This document shows positions 32,333 to 50,870 of a DNA stretch of 64,000 nucleotides, in pieces. A program made the translations under genes and the position numbers. Under the pieces are notes generated by a model. That model was not told the DNA's origin. It did no database searches and worked only from the letters and a program-made list of their open reading frames with translations. Source of the stretch: the human T2T-CHM13v2.0 reference genome, Homo sapiens. The DNA lies in NCBI RefSeq assembly GCF_009914755.1, contig NC_060938.1. One strand, 5' to 3'. Position 1 is the stretch's first letter. Every line of letters starts with the position of its first letter.

Positions 32333-32966
32333 ATTTAAAGCAACAAGAAAACTGAGAAATAATAGAACATTTCTTTGACCTGCAATCCTCATTCAAGTAA
32401 AAAATAAAACTTTAATTTGCAAGGGAAAAGATTATGCAAACATGTGCTCAATAGTCATTTTATTATTTTTTAACAAGGTAAGAACTATACCTTTAAAATG
32501 AGTTCATCAAATAAATTCAACAAGAGTGAAGAATGTGCCCATTTTCCCCTATATCCACAAATCCCTAGAATACTGCTGGAATTCAATAAATTTTGTTGAA
32601 TGTAAAGAAGGAATATTCTCTTGCTTCTTAGTTGCCACCCAAGTCATCACACAAGAATGGAATATTTTGAACATTTCCTATGTGCCAGGTTGTATTCCAA
32701 GAACTGTAGAGATACCATAGATTAAATCACCATCACTAATTTATGAAGTAGGTATTTTTATCTGTGTAAAACCTCAAAGCCAGTGTTTCCCCCAGGTATT
32801 GTCCCTGGACTACCTCTACCAGAAGTACCTAGAGGGTTTCTTGGGCCCTAAAAAGCTATTAATCTCCTAGGTATTTCTTGGGTCCTTTAAAGTTTGATAA
32901 CTTTGCACTACACTACACTGCTCCTCCAAAGTTATGCAAGAGAAAGTTATATAAAACCTTATCTTT

Positions 32967-33258
32967 GGCTGGGTGTGGTGGCACACACCTGGAATGCCAG
33001 CATTTTAGGAAGCTGAAGTGGGAAGATTTCTTGAGCCCAGGAGTTTGAGACCAATCTGGGCAACATGGCGAAACACTGTCTGTGTAAAAAATACAAAAAA
33101 TTAGCCAGATGTGGTAGCGTGTGCCTGTAGTCTCATCTACTTGGCAGGCTGATCACTTGAACCCAGGAGGTAGACAGAGGCTGCAGTCAGCTAAGACTGC
33201 ACCACTGCACTCCAGCCTGGGTAACAAAGTGAGACTCTGCCTTAAAAAAAAAAAAAAA
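32967..33258 (+). mobile_element. Alu (J-like)
   Basis: Dimeric Alu. Confidence 0.85.
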
Positions 33259-33685
33259 TCCTTGACAAGCTGCATGCAAATAAAATTTTTGAAAATCCAA
33301 GCACATTGTAATATATCTGAAAGGCCAAGTCCCATTGTTAATTATATTCTGAGGTTATGACATTTTAAAATGAATTGCTTATTATCTGTAAGCATAGAAT
33401 ATGTATCATACATTTATAGAAAACAAGTACTGTTCTTTTCTTTTTTTAAACTGCAACTTATAGAAAACAAAAATCTGGTTTAATAGAAAGAGCTTGATGC
33501 TTAAGTCCAAAGTTCTGAGTTTGATTTCCAACAGTTATTTACTAGGAGTGAAATGGTAAAGTCAATCAATCTAATTTGGTTTTCTCAAGTGTAAAATAAA
33601 GTAATATCTCCCTCACAATCCTGTCATGAGGATTGGATACGGGAAAACTACCTAAGTACATTTTCCTATTAGAAAACCATTATAT

Positions 33686-33976
33686 TTTATTTTTTGAGAG
33701 AGAGTTGCACTCTATCACTCAGGCGGGAGTGTACTGACATGATCACGGCTCACTGCAACTTCAAACTCCCAGGCTCAAGTGATCCTTCTGCCCCAACCTC
33801 CTAAGTAGCTAGACAACAGGTGCATGCCACCACACCAGGCTATATATATATTTTTTTTTTGGTCAAGAGAGGGTCTCACTATGTTGCCCAGGCTGATCTT
33901 AAACTGGCTTCAAGTGATCTTCCCGTCTCAGCTTCCCAAAGTGCTGGGATTACAGGAGTGTGCCACTGTGCCAGCC
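33686..33976 (-). mobile_element. AluJ-like
   Basis: Dimeric Alu. Confidence 0.85.
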
Positions 33977-34242
33977 TGAAAACCACTATATTTTTAAAAA
34001 TATCATTTAGTTTCACCCATTCTCTCCACCAACAAAATCAATTACTGACTCCTCCCCTCAAAAGACTTTTAAAATTACCTACATGTATTTGATTACAACA
34101 AAATACATTTCTGTTACTATGTTTGTTTTCTGTTCCATCTTAGAACACAAGTTTTGGACTGAATGTACCACATTCGGTCTATAATGCCAGATTAGGAATC
34201 CTTTAGGATCTAAAACTGTTTTGGTAAGTTAACAGCAGGTCA

Positions 34243-34544
<302 letters not shown>

Positions 34545-34979
34545 TGTATGTCATCATTTTTAACCAAAATGAAAAGGTCTTAAAAATACCCTTTGAATAC
34601 ATTAACTTCCCCTTTAAATACAGTTGGACTGTAGACTGTTCCAAATACAAAAACAGAATTATAAAATTTCTGGTTTATTGTATAATTTGTGGTTGTACCT
34701 TTTGTGAATGGACTGTAATATAATTTAAAAAAATAACAGCTGAACAATCTGCTAGCATTCTGTTAAAAAGCACATTCTGAAAGGAAAACTGTTAAAATAT
34801 GCTAACTTTATCAGTGCATCTATTACTCATGCAACATGAATTAGAAAATCAAATAGAACTGAACAAATACATTTGTTGAAATTGCATCATAATTAGTTTT
34901 TCACAAATTATAGACCATAGAAGAGAGTAGCAAGAACTTTATCTAAAGGTACAAACAGCTGAAAAGAATGGTGGGCTTA

Positions 34980-35286
34980 GGCCGGGCGTGGTGGATTGTG
35001 CCTGTAATCCCAGCACTTTGGGAGGCTGAGGCCAGTGGATCACTTGAGGTCAGGAGTTCGAGACTGGCCTGGCCAACATGGTGAAACTCCATCTCTACTA
35101 AAAATACAAAAAATTAGCCGGGTATGATGGTGGGTGCCTGTAATCCCAGCTACTCAGGAGGCTGAGACAAGAGAATTGCTTGAACCCAGGAGGTGGAAGT
35201 GAGCTGAGAGCATGCCACTGTACCACTGCACTCCAGCCTGGGCGACAGAGCAAGACTGTCTCAAAAAAAAAAAAAAAAAAAAAAAA
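34980..35286 (+). mobile_element. AluS-like
   Basis: TSD aaagaa(t/a)ggtgggcttag. Confidence 0.9.
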
Positions 35287-36551
35287 GAAAGGTGGGCTTA
35301 GTAAATTCTTTGTTGGTTAGCTCTTTTAAATAAAGGAGTCTAAGATTTGGGACATCTGAATATTGACTTTGTAGCTTGTCAAGGATAGATTGTTTACATG
35401 ACTTTCTCGTGCGTAACTATTGTAGTTAAAGTATTTGCTTTGGGACCTGCCCCAATGTTCAAGTTCTATCTTAAGAAGTAGTGAAAGCTAGCCAAAAATC
35501 AAATTTATATCTTGTTAAATACCTCCAAGGAGGTATTATATTTCTAAAATTGCTGCTAGAAATGTTTATATACATATGGGTAACTAAATTATTGTAACAT
35601 TATAATCCTGGATTGAATGCTCTCTTAGAATTTCTACACATACATAATCAAGTCACAACATCTGATTCCATGAGATTTTATGACTACAATATCATCTGTT
35701 TCTAAAATAGGTAGGTGGAGCTTGAGCAACAAAGTATTGTGATTAAATTCTCATCAGGCAAAGATTTTTCCTGGGTAAGACCATTTTTTTTTTTTGGCTC
35801 GTCTTGAATAATAACCTTAAGAATCTGAATAATTAACTTTCCAAAATAATTTAAAATCCATTCAAAAAACAAACAAGGTGGGGAGTGAGCACGAAAATCA
35901 AGGAAAAGGAGAGAATACTTTCTAACTCAATCTATAGGCCAGCATTACCCCAATACCAAAGCCAGACAAAAGATAACCACAAGAAAACTATAGACCGACA
36001 TCCCTTGTAAATATAGATGCAAAAATCCTAAGCAAATATTAAAAAACTGAGTCTAACAGCACACTAAAAGGATTATACACCATGACTAAGTAGGATTCAT
36101 CCCAGGACTGCAAGGGTGGTAAAACATACCCCCCAAAATCATTATACCATATTACTAAGACAAAAGAAAAAAAACACACATGATCATCTCAATTGATGCA
36201 GGAAAAGCATTTGACAAAATCCAACATCCTTAATGATAAAAAACACCTAGAAAACTAGGAATAGAAGAATAGAGAAGAGCTTCTTAACATGACAATGAGC
36301 ATTTAGGAAAAACCCACAGCTAATATCATACTCCATGGAGAAAGACTGAAAGCTTTCCCCCTAAGATCAGTAACAAGACAAGGATGCCCATGTTCACCAC
36401 TGCCATTTGACATTGTACTGAAGGTTCTAACCAGAGCAATTAGGCAAGAAAAATAAAAGACATTTAAAGTGGAAAGAAGTAGTAAAACTATCTATGTACA
36501 GATGACATAATCCTAGACAAAGAAAATCCTCCAAATCCACCCCCCAACCGT

Positions 36552-36552
<1 letters not shown>

Positions 36553-36587
<35 letters not shown>
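36553..36587 (+). repeat. (CA)n microsatellite
   Basis: Direct reading. Confidence 0.9.
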
Positions 36588-36590
<3 letters not shown>

Positions 36591-37456
36591 CTGCCCTACT
36601 CGAGGTAATACATTCAGTGAAGTTTGCAGGGTACAAGATCAACATGCAAAAATCAGCTGCTATATACCAGCAATGTACATGTCAAAAAAAGAAAACAATT
36701 CCATTTACAGTAATATCCAAAAGAACAAAATATGTAGGAATAAATTTGACCAAGAAGGTGAAAAGGCATATACTGAACACAACTAAACAGTGCTAAAAGA
36801 AATTAAGGAAAATCTAAATAAATAGAAAGATATCCCATGTTCATAGACTGAAATACTTAATATTGTTAAGGTGCAGTACTACCCAAAGTAATCTTCAAAT
36901 TCAAATGCAATACCTATCACAATCCCAATATGCTTTTTCATAGAGATAAAAAGCCAATCCTCAAATTCACATGGGCCTGCAAGGGGCTCCAAATAGCCAA
37001 AACAATACTGAAAAAGAATAACAAAATTGGAGGACTCACACTTCCTTGTTTCAAAACTTATTACAAGAGTATAGTAATCCAAACTGTGTGGTACTGGCAT
37101 AAGGAGAGACATATAGACAAATAGAATAGAGAGTCTAGAAATGAACCTATGCATCTACAGTCAACTGATTTTAAATAAGGGTGCCAAGACCAGTTAGTGG
37201 GGAAAAGAATACTCTCTTCAGCAAATGGTGCTGGGGCAACTGAAGATCCACATACGAAAGAATGAAGTTGGATCCCTACTCCATACCATATATAAAAATT
37301 AAGTAAATATAAGAAGCGACCCGTAAAATAGTTTAGAAGAAAACATTAGGGTAAATCTCTGTGATCTTGAATTTGGGAATAAATGCTTGAGTATAACACC
37401 AAAAACATGAGCAACAAAGAAAAAAATAGATAAACTTATTTCAAAATTACAAAACT

Positions 37457-38090
37457 TGCCAGGCACAGTGGCTGATGCCTGTAATCCTAGCACTTTAGGA
37501 GGCCAAAGTGGGAGAAACTTGAGGCCAAGAGTTCAAGACCAGCCTGGGCAACAAAGCAAGACCCTGTCTTTACAAAAAATTTTAAAGTTAGCTGGGTGTG
37601 GTGGCACACACCTGTAGTCCCAGCTACTCAAGAGGCTAAAGTGGGAGGCTCACTTGGGCCCAGGAGACCAAGGCTTCAGTAAGCTATAATTGTACCACTG
37701 CATTCCAGCCTGGGCGACAGAGCAAGACCCTCTTAAAAACACACATACACACGCACAAAATTTAGAACTTACATGCAAAAAAAACCATATCAGGCTAGGC
37801 ATGGTCACTTATAGCTGTAAACCTAACATTTTGGGAGGCTGAGGCAGGAGGACTGCTTGAGCTCAGAAGTTTGAGACAATCGTGGACAACATAGTGAAAC
37901 TTTGCCTCTACAAAAAATAAAATTAGCTGAGTACAGTGGCACACACCTGTAGTCCCAGCTATTCAAGTGGCTGAGGTGGAAGGATCACTTTAACCCCAAC
38001 AGATCAAGGCTGCAGTGAGCCATGATTGTGCCACTGCACTTCAACCTGGGCAACAGAGCAAGACCCTGTCTCAAAAAATAATAATAATAA
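37457..38090 (+). mobile_element. two AluJ-like elements within L1
   Basis: 37457-37740 and 37792-38090. Confidence 0.85.
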
Positions 38091-39094
38091 ATGAAGAAAG
38101 TAAAAAAAAAACCTACAGAACAGAAGGAGAAAATATTTGCAAATTATATATCTGATAAAGGTCTACTACTTGAAACGTATAAAATGACTCTTACATACAG
38201 AAAGAAACAACCCAATATTAAAATGGGCAAAGGACTTACACACTTTTTGAAAAAAGATATGAATGGCTAACAAGCACATGAAAAGATGCTTAACATTGTT
38301 AGTCATTAGGGAAATGCAACTCAGAACCATAATGAGATACCACTTCACACCAACTAGGATGGCTATAATTTAAAAAATAGGAAGTAAACATTGGTGAGGA
38401 GAAACTGGAACCCTTATACATTGCTAGTAGAAGCAGAAAATGGTTCAGCTGCTGTGGAAAAGTTTGGTGGATCCTCAAAACACTAAATATAGAATCACCA
38501 TATGATCCAGCAATTCCACTTCTAGGTACATACCCAAAAGAACTGAAAAACAGGTGCTCAAGAAACACATGTATATGCATATGCACAGCAGGACTATCTG
38601 CAATAACCAAAAGGTGGAAACAAGCCAAATGTCCATCAATAGATGAATGGATAAACAAGTTTGTGGTGTATACATACAATGAACATTCAGCCATAAAACA
38701 CAATGATGTACTGGTTCATGCCACAATGTGGATGACATTCAAAAATATTATGCTAAGCAAAAGCAGCCAGAAGACAAAAGGTCAAATATTGTATAATTCT
38801 GTTTATATGAAACATCTGAATAAATCCCAAGGTGTGGTGGCTCATACCTGTAATCCCAAGGCACTGGAAGGCCAAGGTGGGAGAATTGCTTGAGGCCAGG
38901 AGTTCAAGACTAGAATATATAAATCCACAGAGACAGACAGTAAATTGGTGGTTGCTAGGGGCAGGGAAGAATAGAGAATGACTGCCTATGGGATACAGAA
39001 TTTCCTTTGGGGGTGATGAAAATGTTTTAGAAATAGACAGTATTGTAATCGTACTAAATGCCAATGAGTTGTTTACTTTAAAGTGGTTAGTTGT

Positions 39095-39400
<306 letters not shown>

Positions 39401-39477
39401 GGTTAGTTGTACATTATGTGAATTTCATCTCAGTAAAAAAATGTTTTTAAAGATCAGAAATATTCATAATAAAGTAA

Positions 39478-42249
39478 ATAATTTTATTTTTATTACAATA
39501 ATTTTTGGGGAACAGGTGGTGTTTGGTTACATGAATACATTCTTTAGTGGTGATTTCTAAGATTTTGGTGCACCTATCATGTGAGTAGTGTACACTGTAC
39601 CCAATCTGTAGTCTTTTATCATTCACCCCATTCCCATCCTTCCCCTGGAAACCCCAAAGTCCATTACATCATTCTCATGCCTTTGCATCCCCATAGCTTA
39701 GCTCCCACTTACAAATGAGAACATAACGATGTTTGATTTTCCATTCCTGAGTTATTCACTTAGAATAATGGTCTCCAACTCCATCTAGGTTGCTGCAAAT
39801 GCCATTATTTCATTCCTGAGTAGTATTCCATGGTGTGTGCGTGTTTGTGTGTGTCACATTTTCCCTTATCCACTAGTTGGTTGATGGACATTTAAGCTGG
39901 TTCCATATTTTTGCAATTGTGAATTGTGCTACTATAAACATGTGTGTGCAAATGTCTTTTTCATACAGTGGCTTCTTTTCCTCCTAGTAGATACCCAGTA
40001 GTGGGATTGCTGGATCAAATGGTAGTTCTACTTTTAGTTCTTTAAGGAAGCTCCACATTGTTTTCCATAGTGGTTGTACTAGTTTACATTCCCACTAGCA
40101 GTGTAAAAGTGTTCCCTTCTCACCACATTTACACCAACATCTATTATTCTTTGATTTTTTTATTATGGCCATTATTGCAGGAGTAAGGTGGTATAGCATT
40201 GTGGTTTGATTTGCATTTTCCTCATAATTAGTGATGTTGAACAGTTTTCCATACGTTTCTGGGCCATTTGTATATCTTCTTTTGAGAATTGTCTAACTCA
40301 TGTCTTTAGCCCATGTTTTGATGTGATTATTTGTTCTTTTCTCACTGCTTTGTCTGAGTTCCTTGTGGATTCTGGATATTAGTCCTTTGTCAGATGCACA
40401 GTTTGCAAGTATTTTCTCCCACTCTGTGGGTTGTCTGTTTACTCTACTGATTACTTCTTTTGCTGTGCAGAAGCCTTTTAGTTTAATTAAATCTCATCTA
40501 TTTTTGTTTTTGCTGCATTTGTTTTTGGGTTTTTGGTCACAGACTCTTTGCCTAGGCCAATGTCTAGAAGGATTTTTCTGATGTTATCATTTAGAATTTT
40601 AATAGTTTCAGGTCTTAGGTATAAGTCTTTGATCCCACTTGAGTTGATTTTTGTATAAGGTGAGAGATGAGGATCCAGTTTCATTATTATACATGTGGCT
40701 TGTCAATTATCCCAGCACCATTTGCTGAATACGGTGTCCTTTCCCCACTTTATGTTTTTGTTTCCTTTGCTAAAGATCAGTTGGCTGTGGGTATTTGGCT
40801 TTATTTCTGGGTTCTCTATTCTGTTCCATTGACCTATGTTTTTATACCAGTACCATGCTGTTTTGGTAACTATAGGCTTGTAGTCCAGTTGGAAGTCGGG
40901 TAATGTGATGCCTCCAGATTTGTTCTTTCTACTTAGTCTTGCTTTGGCTATGGGGGCTCTTTTTTGGTTCCATGTAAGTTTTAGGATTGTTTTTTCTAGT
41001 TCTGTGAAGAAAGATGATGGTATTTTGATGGGAATTGCATTGAATTTATATATTGCTTTTGGCAATATGGTCATTTTCACAATACTGATTCTACCCATCC
41101 CTGAGCATGGGATGTGTTTCTATTTGTTTCTGTTATCTATGATTTCTTTCAGCAGTGTTTTGTAGTTTTCCTTGCAGAGTTCTTTCACCTCCTTGGCTGG
41201 GTATATTCCTAAGTATTTTAATTCTTTTTCCAGCTGTTATAAAAGAAGTTGAGTTCTTGATTTCATTCTCAACTTCATCACTGTTTGTGTATAGCAGTGC
41301 TACTGATTTGTGTACCTGAATTTTGTATCCTAAAACTTTACTGATATGGTTTGGCTGTGTCCTCACCCAAATCTCATCTTGAATTCCCACGTTGTGGGAG
41401 GGACCTGGTGGGAGGTAACTGAATCATGGGGGCAGCTCTTTCTGGTGATAGTGAATAAGTCTCATGAGATCTGATGGTTTTAAAAATGGGAGTTTCCCTA
41501 CACAAACTCTCTTCTCTTGTCTGCCACCATGTGAGACGTGCCTTTCATCCTCCACCATGATTGTGAGGCCTTCCCAACCATGTGGAACTGTAAGTCCATT
41601 AAATCTTCCTTTTGTAAGTTGCCCAGTCTCAGCTATGACTATCAGCAGCATGAAAACAGACTAAAACATTTACTGAATTCATTTATCGATCTAGGAGCTT
41701 TTTGGATGAGTCTTAGGGGTTTTCTAGGTATACGTTCATATCATCAGTGAATAGAGACGGTTTGACTTCCTCTTTACCGATTTGGATGCCCTTTCTTTCT
41801 CTTGTCTGATTGCTCTGGATAGGACTTGCAGTACTACGTTGAAGAGAAGTGGTGAAAGTTAACATCCTTGTCTTGTTCCAGTTTTCAGGGGGAATGCTTT
41901 CAACTCTTCCCCATTCAGTATAATGTTAGCTCTGGGTTTGTCATAGATGGCTTTTATTACCTTAAGGTATGTCCCTTCTGTGCCAATTTTACTGAGGGTT
42001 TTAATCATAAAGGAATGCTGGATTTTGTTAAATGCCTTTTCTGCATCTATTGAGATGATCATATTGTTTTTAATGCTGTTTTTGTGGTCTATCACATTTA
42101 TTGACTTGATATTAAACCAACCCTACATCCCTGGTATGAAACCTACTTGATCATGGTGTATTATCTTTTTGATATGGTGTTAGATTCAAATAGCTAGTAT
42201 TTTGTTGAGAATTTTTGCATCTATGTTCATCAGGGATACTGGTCTGTAG
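39478..42249 (-). mobile_element. L1PB-like element, non-inverted 3' segment (RT to 3'UTR/tail)
   Basis: ORFs 41859..42095 ([16 protein letters not shown]), 40703..41098 and 40487..40684 are L1 ORF2; L1PB-type 3' end at 39490-39600. Confidence 0.9.
41342..41668 (+). mobile_element. THE1-type MaLR solo LTR (THE1A-like) inserted in L1
   Basis: TGATATGGTTTGGCTGTGTC...AGACTAAAACA with TG...CA ends and an exact 5-bp TSD TTTAC (41337-41341 / 41669-41673). Confidence 0.9.
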
Positions 42250-42431
42250 CCTTTTTTGGAACAAAGCCTCCAAGAAATTTTAGATTATGTTAAATGACCA
42301 AACATAAGAATAATTGGTATTCCTGAGGAAGAAGAGAAATCTAAAACTTGGGGAAACTTATTTGAGGGAATAATCAAGAAAAACTTCCCTGGTCTTGCTA
42401 GAGATTTAGACATCCAAACACAAGAAGCTCA

Positions 42432-42830
<399 letters not shown>

Positions 42831-44101
42831 GAATCTTAGGAGCTGTGAGGCAAAAGCACAAGGTAACCTATAAAGGAAAACCTATCAGATTAACAGCAGA
42901 TTTCTCAGCAGAAACTCTACAAGCCAGAAGGCATTGGGGTCCTATATTAGCCTCCTTAAACAAAACAATTATCAGCCAAGAATTCTGTATCCAGCAAAAC
43001 CAAGCTTCATAAATGAAGGAGAGATAAAGTCTTTTTCAGACAAACAAATGCTGAAACAATTTGCCACTACCAAGCCAGCACTACAAAAAATGCTGAAAGG
43101 AGCTCTTAATCTTGAAACAAAACCTCAAAATATACCAAAATAGAAACTCCTTAAAGCATAAATCTCACAGGGCCTATAAAACAGTAACACAATGGGGGAA
43201 AAAAACCCAAATTATTCAGGCAACAACTAGCACGATGAATAGAGCAGTACCTCACATTTCAGTACTAACCTTGAATGTAAATGGTCCTAAATGCTTCCCT
43301 TAAAAGATACAGAATGGCAGAATGGATAAAAATCCACCAACCAAGTATCTGCTGTGTTCAAGAGGTTCATCTAACACATAAGAACTCACATAAACTTAAG
43401 GTAAAGGAGTGGAAAAAGATATTCCATGTAAATGGAAACCAAAAGCAAGCAGGAGTAGTTATTCTTATATTGGGCGAATCAGGCTTTAAAGCAACGACAC
43501 TTAAAAAAGACAAAGAGGGACATTATGGAATAATAAATGGTCTAGTCCAACAGGAAAATATTACCATCCTAGATATATATGCACCTAACACTGGAGTTCC
43601 CAAATTTACAAAACAATTACTACTAGACCAAAAAAATGAGATAGATGGCAACACAGTAATAGTGGGGGACTTCAATACTCCACTGACAGCACTAGACAGG
43701 TCATCAAGACAGAAAGTCAACAAAGAAACAATGGACTTAAACTATACCCTAGAACAAATGGATTTAACAGATATTTACAGAACATTCTACCCAACAACTG
43801 CAGAATATACATTATTTTCATCAAAACATGGAACATTCTCCAAGATAGACCATATGATAGGCCACAAAACAAGGCTCAACAAATTTTAAAAAAATCAAAA
43901 TTACATCAAGTACTCTCTCAGACCACAATGGAATAAAACTGGAAATTAACTCCAAAAGTAACCCTCAAAACTATATAAATAAATGGAAATTAAATAATAT
44001 GCTCCTGAATAATTTTGAATCAACAACAAAATAAAGACAAATTTAAAAATTCTTTGAACTGAATGATAATAGTGACACAACCTATAAAACCTCTGGGATA
44101 T

Positions 44102-44428
<327 letters not shown>

Positions 44429-46103
44429 CTAAGAGCATTAAATATACATTAAATATATATTAACTCATAGCATTAAATGCCTATATCAAAAAGTCTGAAA
44501 GAGCACACAGACAATCTATGCTCACAACTCAAGGAACTAGAGAAACAAGAACCAACCAAACCCAAACCCAGCAGAAAAAAAGAAATAACAAAGATCAGAG
44601 CAGAACCAAATGAAATTGAAACAAAACAAAACAAAAACAAAAAGCTGGTTCTTTGAAAAGGTAAACAAAATTGATTGACCATTAGCGAGATTAACCAAGA
44701 AAAGAGAATATCTAAATAAGCTCAATTAGAAATGAACTGGGAGATATTACAACCAATACCACAGAAATACAAAAGATCATTCAAGTCTACTATGAACGCC
44801 TTTGCGTGCATAAACTAGAAAACCTAAGGGAGATGGATAAAATCCTGGAAATAGACAACTCTCCTAGATTAAACCAGGAAGAAACAGAAACTCTGGACAG
44901 ACCAATAACAAGTATTGAGGCTGAAACGGTAATTAAAAAAAAAAAAACTGCCAACAAAAAACAAGTCCAGGACCAGATGGATTCACAGCTGAATTCTATC
45001 ACACATTCAAAGAAGAATTGGTACCAATCCTACTGAAACTATTCCAAAAGATAGAGAAAGAGGGAATCCTCCCTAAATCATTCTATGAAGCCAGCATTAC
45101 CCTAATACCAAAACCAGGAAAGGACATAACAAGTACAGATATTTTCAGCTCTATTTTAAAATGTTTAAATACAACAAATTCAGTTCATTAAGTCTAAGAA
45201 AAAAAATGAGCCAGAAATAGACGAGCCTATGAGTTCATTACAATTTCTATTTTCTAATATCTATACTTACGTCAAGATTTTGTGCCGTTTGACAGTTAAC
45301 TGGCAACCTCACGTGAACATAATTGAAGAACAGAGAATAGGGAAAAATGTGTTTGAGCAATCAAAAATACATATTAAAGTCAATGTTATAAAGTATATGC
45401 CCTTGACAAAGAAGAAATTTCTCCTATCTCTTTTATGGATTTTTTTTCTTATTTTATACATACTTTTAATGAGTTTAGCGATTTGGTAATCCAATCCAAA
45501 GCAGATTAAAAGATGACAAATTAAAGGAAAAGGGCTTATTTAATAATAGCAAGTTGGCAGTAGAGGGAAGTGATGGGCAATATTCTTTTTAGCAAAGGAG
45601 AACACGTACATAACAAACAAAAACCCCTTAAATAGAATTTACAAAGAATTACAAATATATGGGAGTCTGGAGTTACTTACTAAAGAAACAAATAACTCCA
45701 AACATTAATTAGTCATGTATTCAACAACAATCACTGTTCCTAAAAGCAGAGGTAGTATCCTTTATTTACGACAGATAGAAATTTATAAATTGTTTCCAAA
45801 ACTTAGCACTCCAAATAGTTTGGACAAAGGAGTCAACCTTGTTTATCAGGCAAAGTTAGTTATGAAGCGCTTCATTTCCCAAAGAAATAACTTATTTCCA
45901 AGAAATAACTTATTTTCCAAAAATAACTTATTTTATATAAAGCTTTACAGTACTCTAGCCAATTTAATTGGGGTTTCATTACTTCACTTACAAGTACAAG
46001 CATATTTTCCAAAGCCAAACATGAAAGCTGTTTCCATTTCTGTTTTGGTACCTGCTGTTATTTGTTTTTTGAAAGGTTTAACTAGTAGCATAGAAGCTAA
46101 TTA

Positions 46104-48168
<2,065 letters not shown>

Positions 48169-50541
48169 TATTTCCCCCGGGTGACAATGCCTGAGATTCC
48201 AATAGCTGCCACTAGCATGGTGTGGTACAAAGAGCACTAGATTTGCAGGCAAAAGGCTCGGCCTTTGAGTCCTGACTTTACCACTTGCCAGCTCTGGAAT
48301 GTCTCACTTCCTCACTGAGTCTGTTTCTTAATAGGGAATTTAACATGTACTCTTCCTTCCTCAAAATTGTGGTGAAGAACTTTGTAAGTTCTAATCGTAC
48401 TGATAATACTGAAAAGCACTCTTACCTTTGTCATGGTACCTATATTTAGCAGATAGGATCTCTTCAGGTATGACAGAAAATAGAATAAAACTTGAATCAA
48501 GCATGCTTCTTCCTTGAAAATATCACTATTCAAATAACAGTCAAACTAATTTCTTCCTTTAAAGTCTGAACATACCAGGACTTTTACTAAAAGAAAGGCA
48601 AAAACTTTGCTACAGACAGGCCCATGTGCCTGAAATTTTAACTACTGCCTTGGTCTAGGATATCTTCCCAGAAGCACACATCCTCTCTTCCTTGAGTCCA
48701 AATCTTCTGGACTATGCACGTCCTGTTAATGGAGTTCGTTTAATTGTAACAGAAGTTTTCCAGCAGACAGCCTTTAGTTATTGGCGTTCAGTTCATGTCT
48801 CCTGCCACACTTTGTTATATAACTTTCCAGTGCTTTTCCTGATAAGAAACTTTACCTCCACGTGGCTTCTCTTTCTCCACAGCTGCATCCACTCTCACTG
48901 GTGATCAAAGCAAATTGACTTGACCTGTGGGAAACTCATTCCAGCAGAAGTTGTTAAATCACTGAATCTTCTAGCATCCCCTAGATCAATTCTCAATAGT
49001 CACTGTAGAGAATTTTGTGAAACTTTCATTGTCAGGTGTGTTTACATTCTCCCTTCCTTTCCTATTTTGTTATGAACAAACATATCAGGATAGTTTTCAA
49101 AAAGTTATTCAATGATTTCTTCATAGTTGTTTAAAATTTTTTCATAGCTACTCTTCTAAAATTGTACAGATAACTGTGCCTGCTTTGTAAACTACAGTAA
49201 AAATAAAAGTTAAAACAAACTTGGCTTCTTTTCAGCACAATATGGTTGACTTACTTTACATGAACTGATGTTGACTGAGAACAAAGTGATTTGATAACCA
49301 AGTTTTTTGTTCAAAGCAAAAGAGAGTTTACAAATTTGAGATGGGGAAAAAATGTGCAGCACCCAAATCATAGTCCCCTAAGGAGACGTCAGCTATTAAA
49401 AGCAGGTCCAAATCCTGTCAGAATGTAAACCCTTTCCTAATCCCTAAGTCATTTCTCGTCTAATTATTTTAAGAGTCTTTTTGGTTGTACTATTTTTAAA
49501 GTAGAGCAGAGGGACACAGAAATTAGCTGAAGGGTTTTTAAAGCCACTGATGCATTGGGTTGATAAAAGTTAATCCCATCTAAAATTGCAAATATAATTT
49601 CATCCTGATGCCTTTCTTAGACTAGGCAGAAGTCAGAAGACTTTTCATCAGGAAAGAGATGACAGAAGATAGCACTAGATAAAGTCTATCCCGGGAAGAG
49701 ATCATCTAACAAGGGTAGTTAACAAGTATTAACCTAATTCAAGCCTGGAGCTTACCTTTACAGAGTCTGCCATAAATAATGAAGTATCGTACTTCTTCCT
49801 TGTGACAGATAGTGGCGGTCACATTGCCTCAAAGCAGGCAGCATTTTTTCCTTTTCTGTTTAATTTTAATCAGTTTTCTTCTATACTTGATCAAATAATA
49901 TATATTTTACAGCCAAAGTGGTAATATGCAATATCATTATACTCTATTACAACTAAATGAAGACTCAAGAAAATAATCAAGAGTACATCTTGACCTTCTA
50001 AATTATTCTGAAATTATACTGAAGTCCAAGTAACTGAACTTCTCGTGTGGCTAGATTTTTGTTGTTGCTGTAGCATTTATCTTTAAGGAAGAGTCAAATG
50101 ATAAGACAATTTCAGGGACTGAAAGACAGTAGGAGGCACAAATTGAGATTACTGTCCACATGGATGAACTGCTTATCTCTTTTCTATTTACTATCCTGGA
50201 CAATGAGATGCTATGAATATGATGCCTCTGAAACACAAATAAATATACTCTATTTTTAACTGGACTAATGTTTAGAAAGATTCATCTATTCATTCAATGA
50301 ATATTGATTGAATACCTACTACATGTCAATCACTGTTCTGGGAACTAGGAATACAGCATTGAACATGAGAACAAAATTCCTGCCCTCACGTAACTTAATT
50401 CCAATAGGGAAAAATAGACAAGCAAAATATATATTATGCCAGATACTGATAAGTGCTATGGAGAAAGATCTTGAATTATAAGATTAAGACAATATCAACA
50501 TGTTTTTAAAGAGTAAACTAGGATTAAAGGGGAAATTTTAG

Positions 50542-50870
50542 TAGTCACGTGTCCCTTAACGATGTGGGAATGCATCATTAGGCTATTTCATTGTGTGAAC
50601 AGTATGGAGTGTACTTACACAAACCTAAATGGTATAGCCTCCTACACATTTAGGGCATGTGATATAGCCTACTGCTGCTAGGCTACAAACCTGTACAGCA
50701 CATTACTGTAGTGAATATTGTAGGCAACTGAAACACAATGGTATTTGTGTATCTACACTTATGTAAACATAGGAAAGGTACAGTAAAAATACAGTATTAT
50801 AATTTTATGGGACCACCATCTTATAAGCAGTCTGTCATTGACCAAAAATGTGATATGCAGCACATGACTG
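50542..50870 (+). mobile_element. Tigger3a-like DNA transposon
   Basis: Same core as 20097-20439; ends gcacatgactg|ta. Confidence 0.8.

Noticed and set aside
43281-43889. 202-aa ORF with endonuclease motifs
   Set aside because: Fragment of a dead L1 ORF2 (non-ATG start, frameshifted, interrupted by Alu); not an independent gene.
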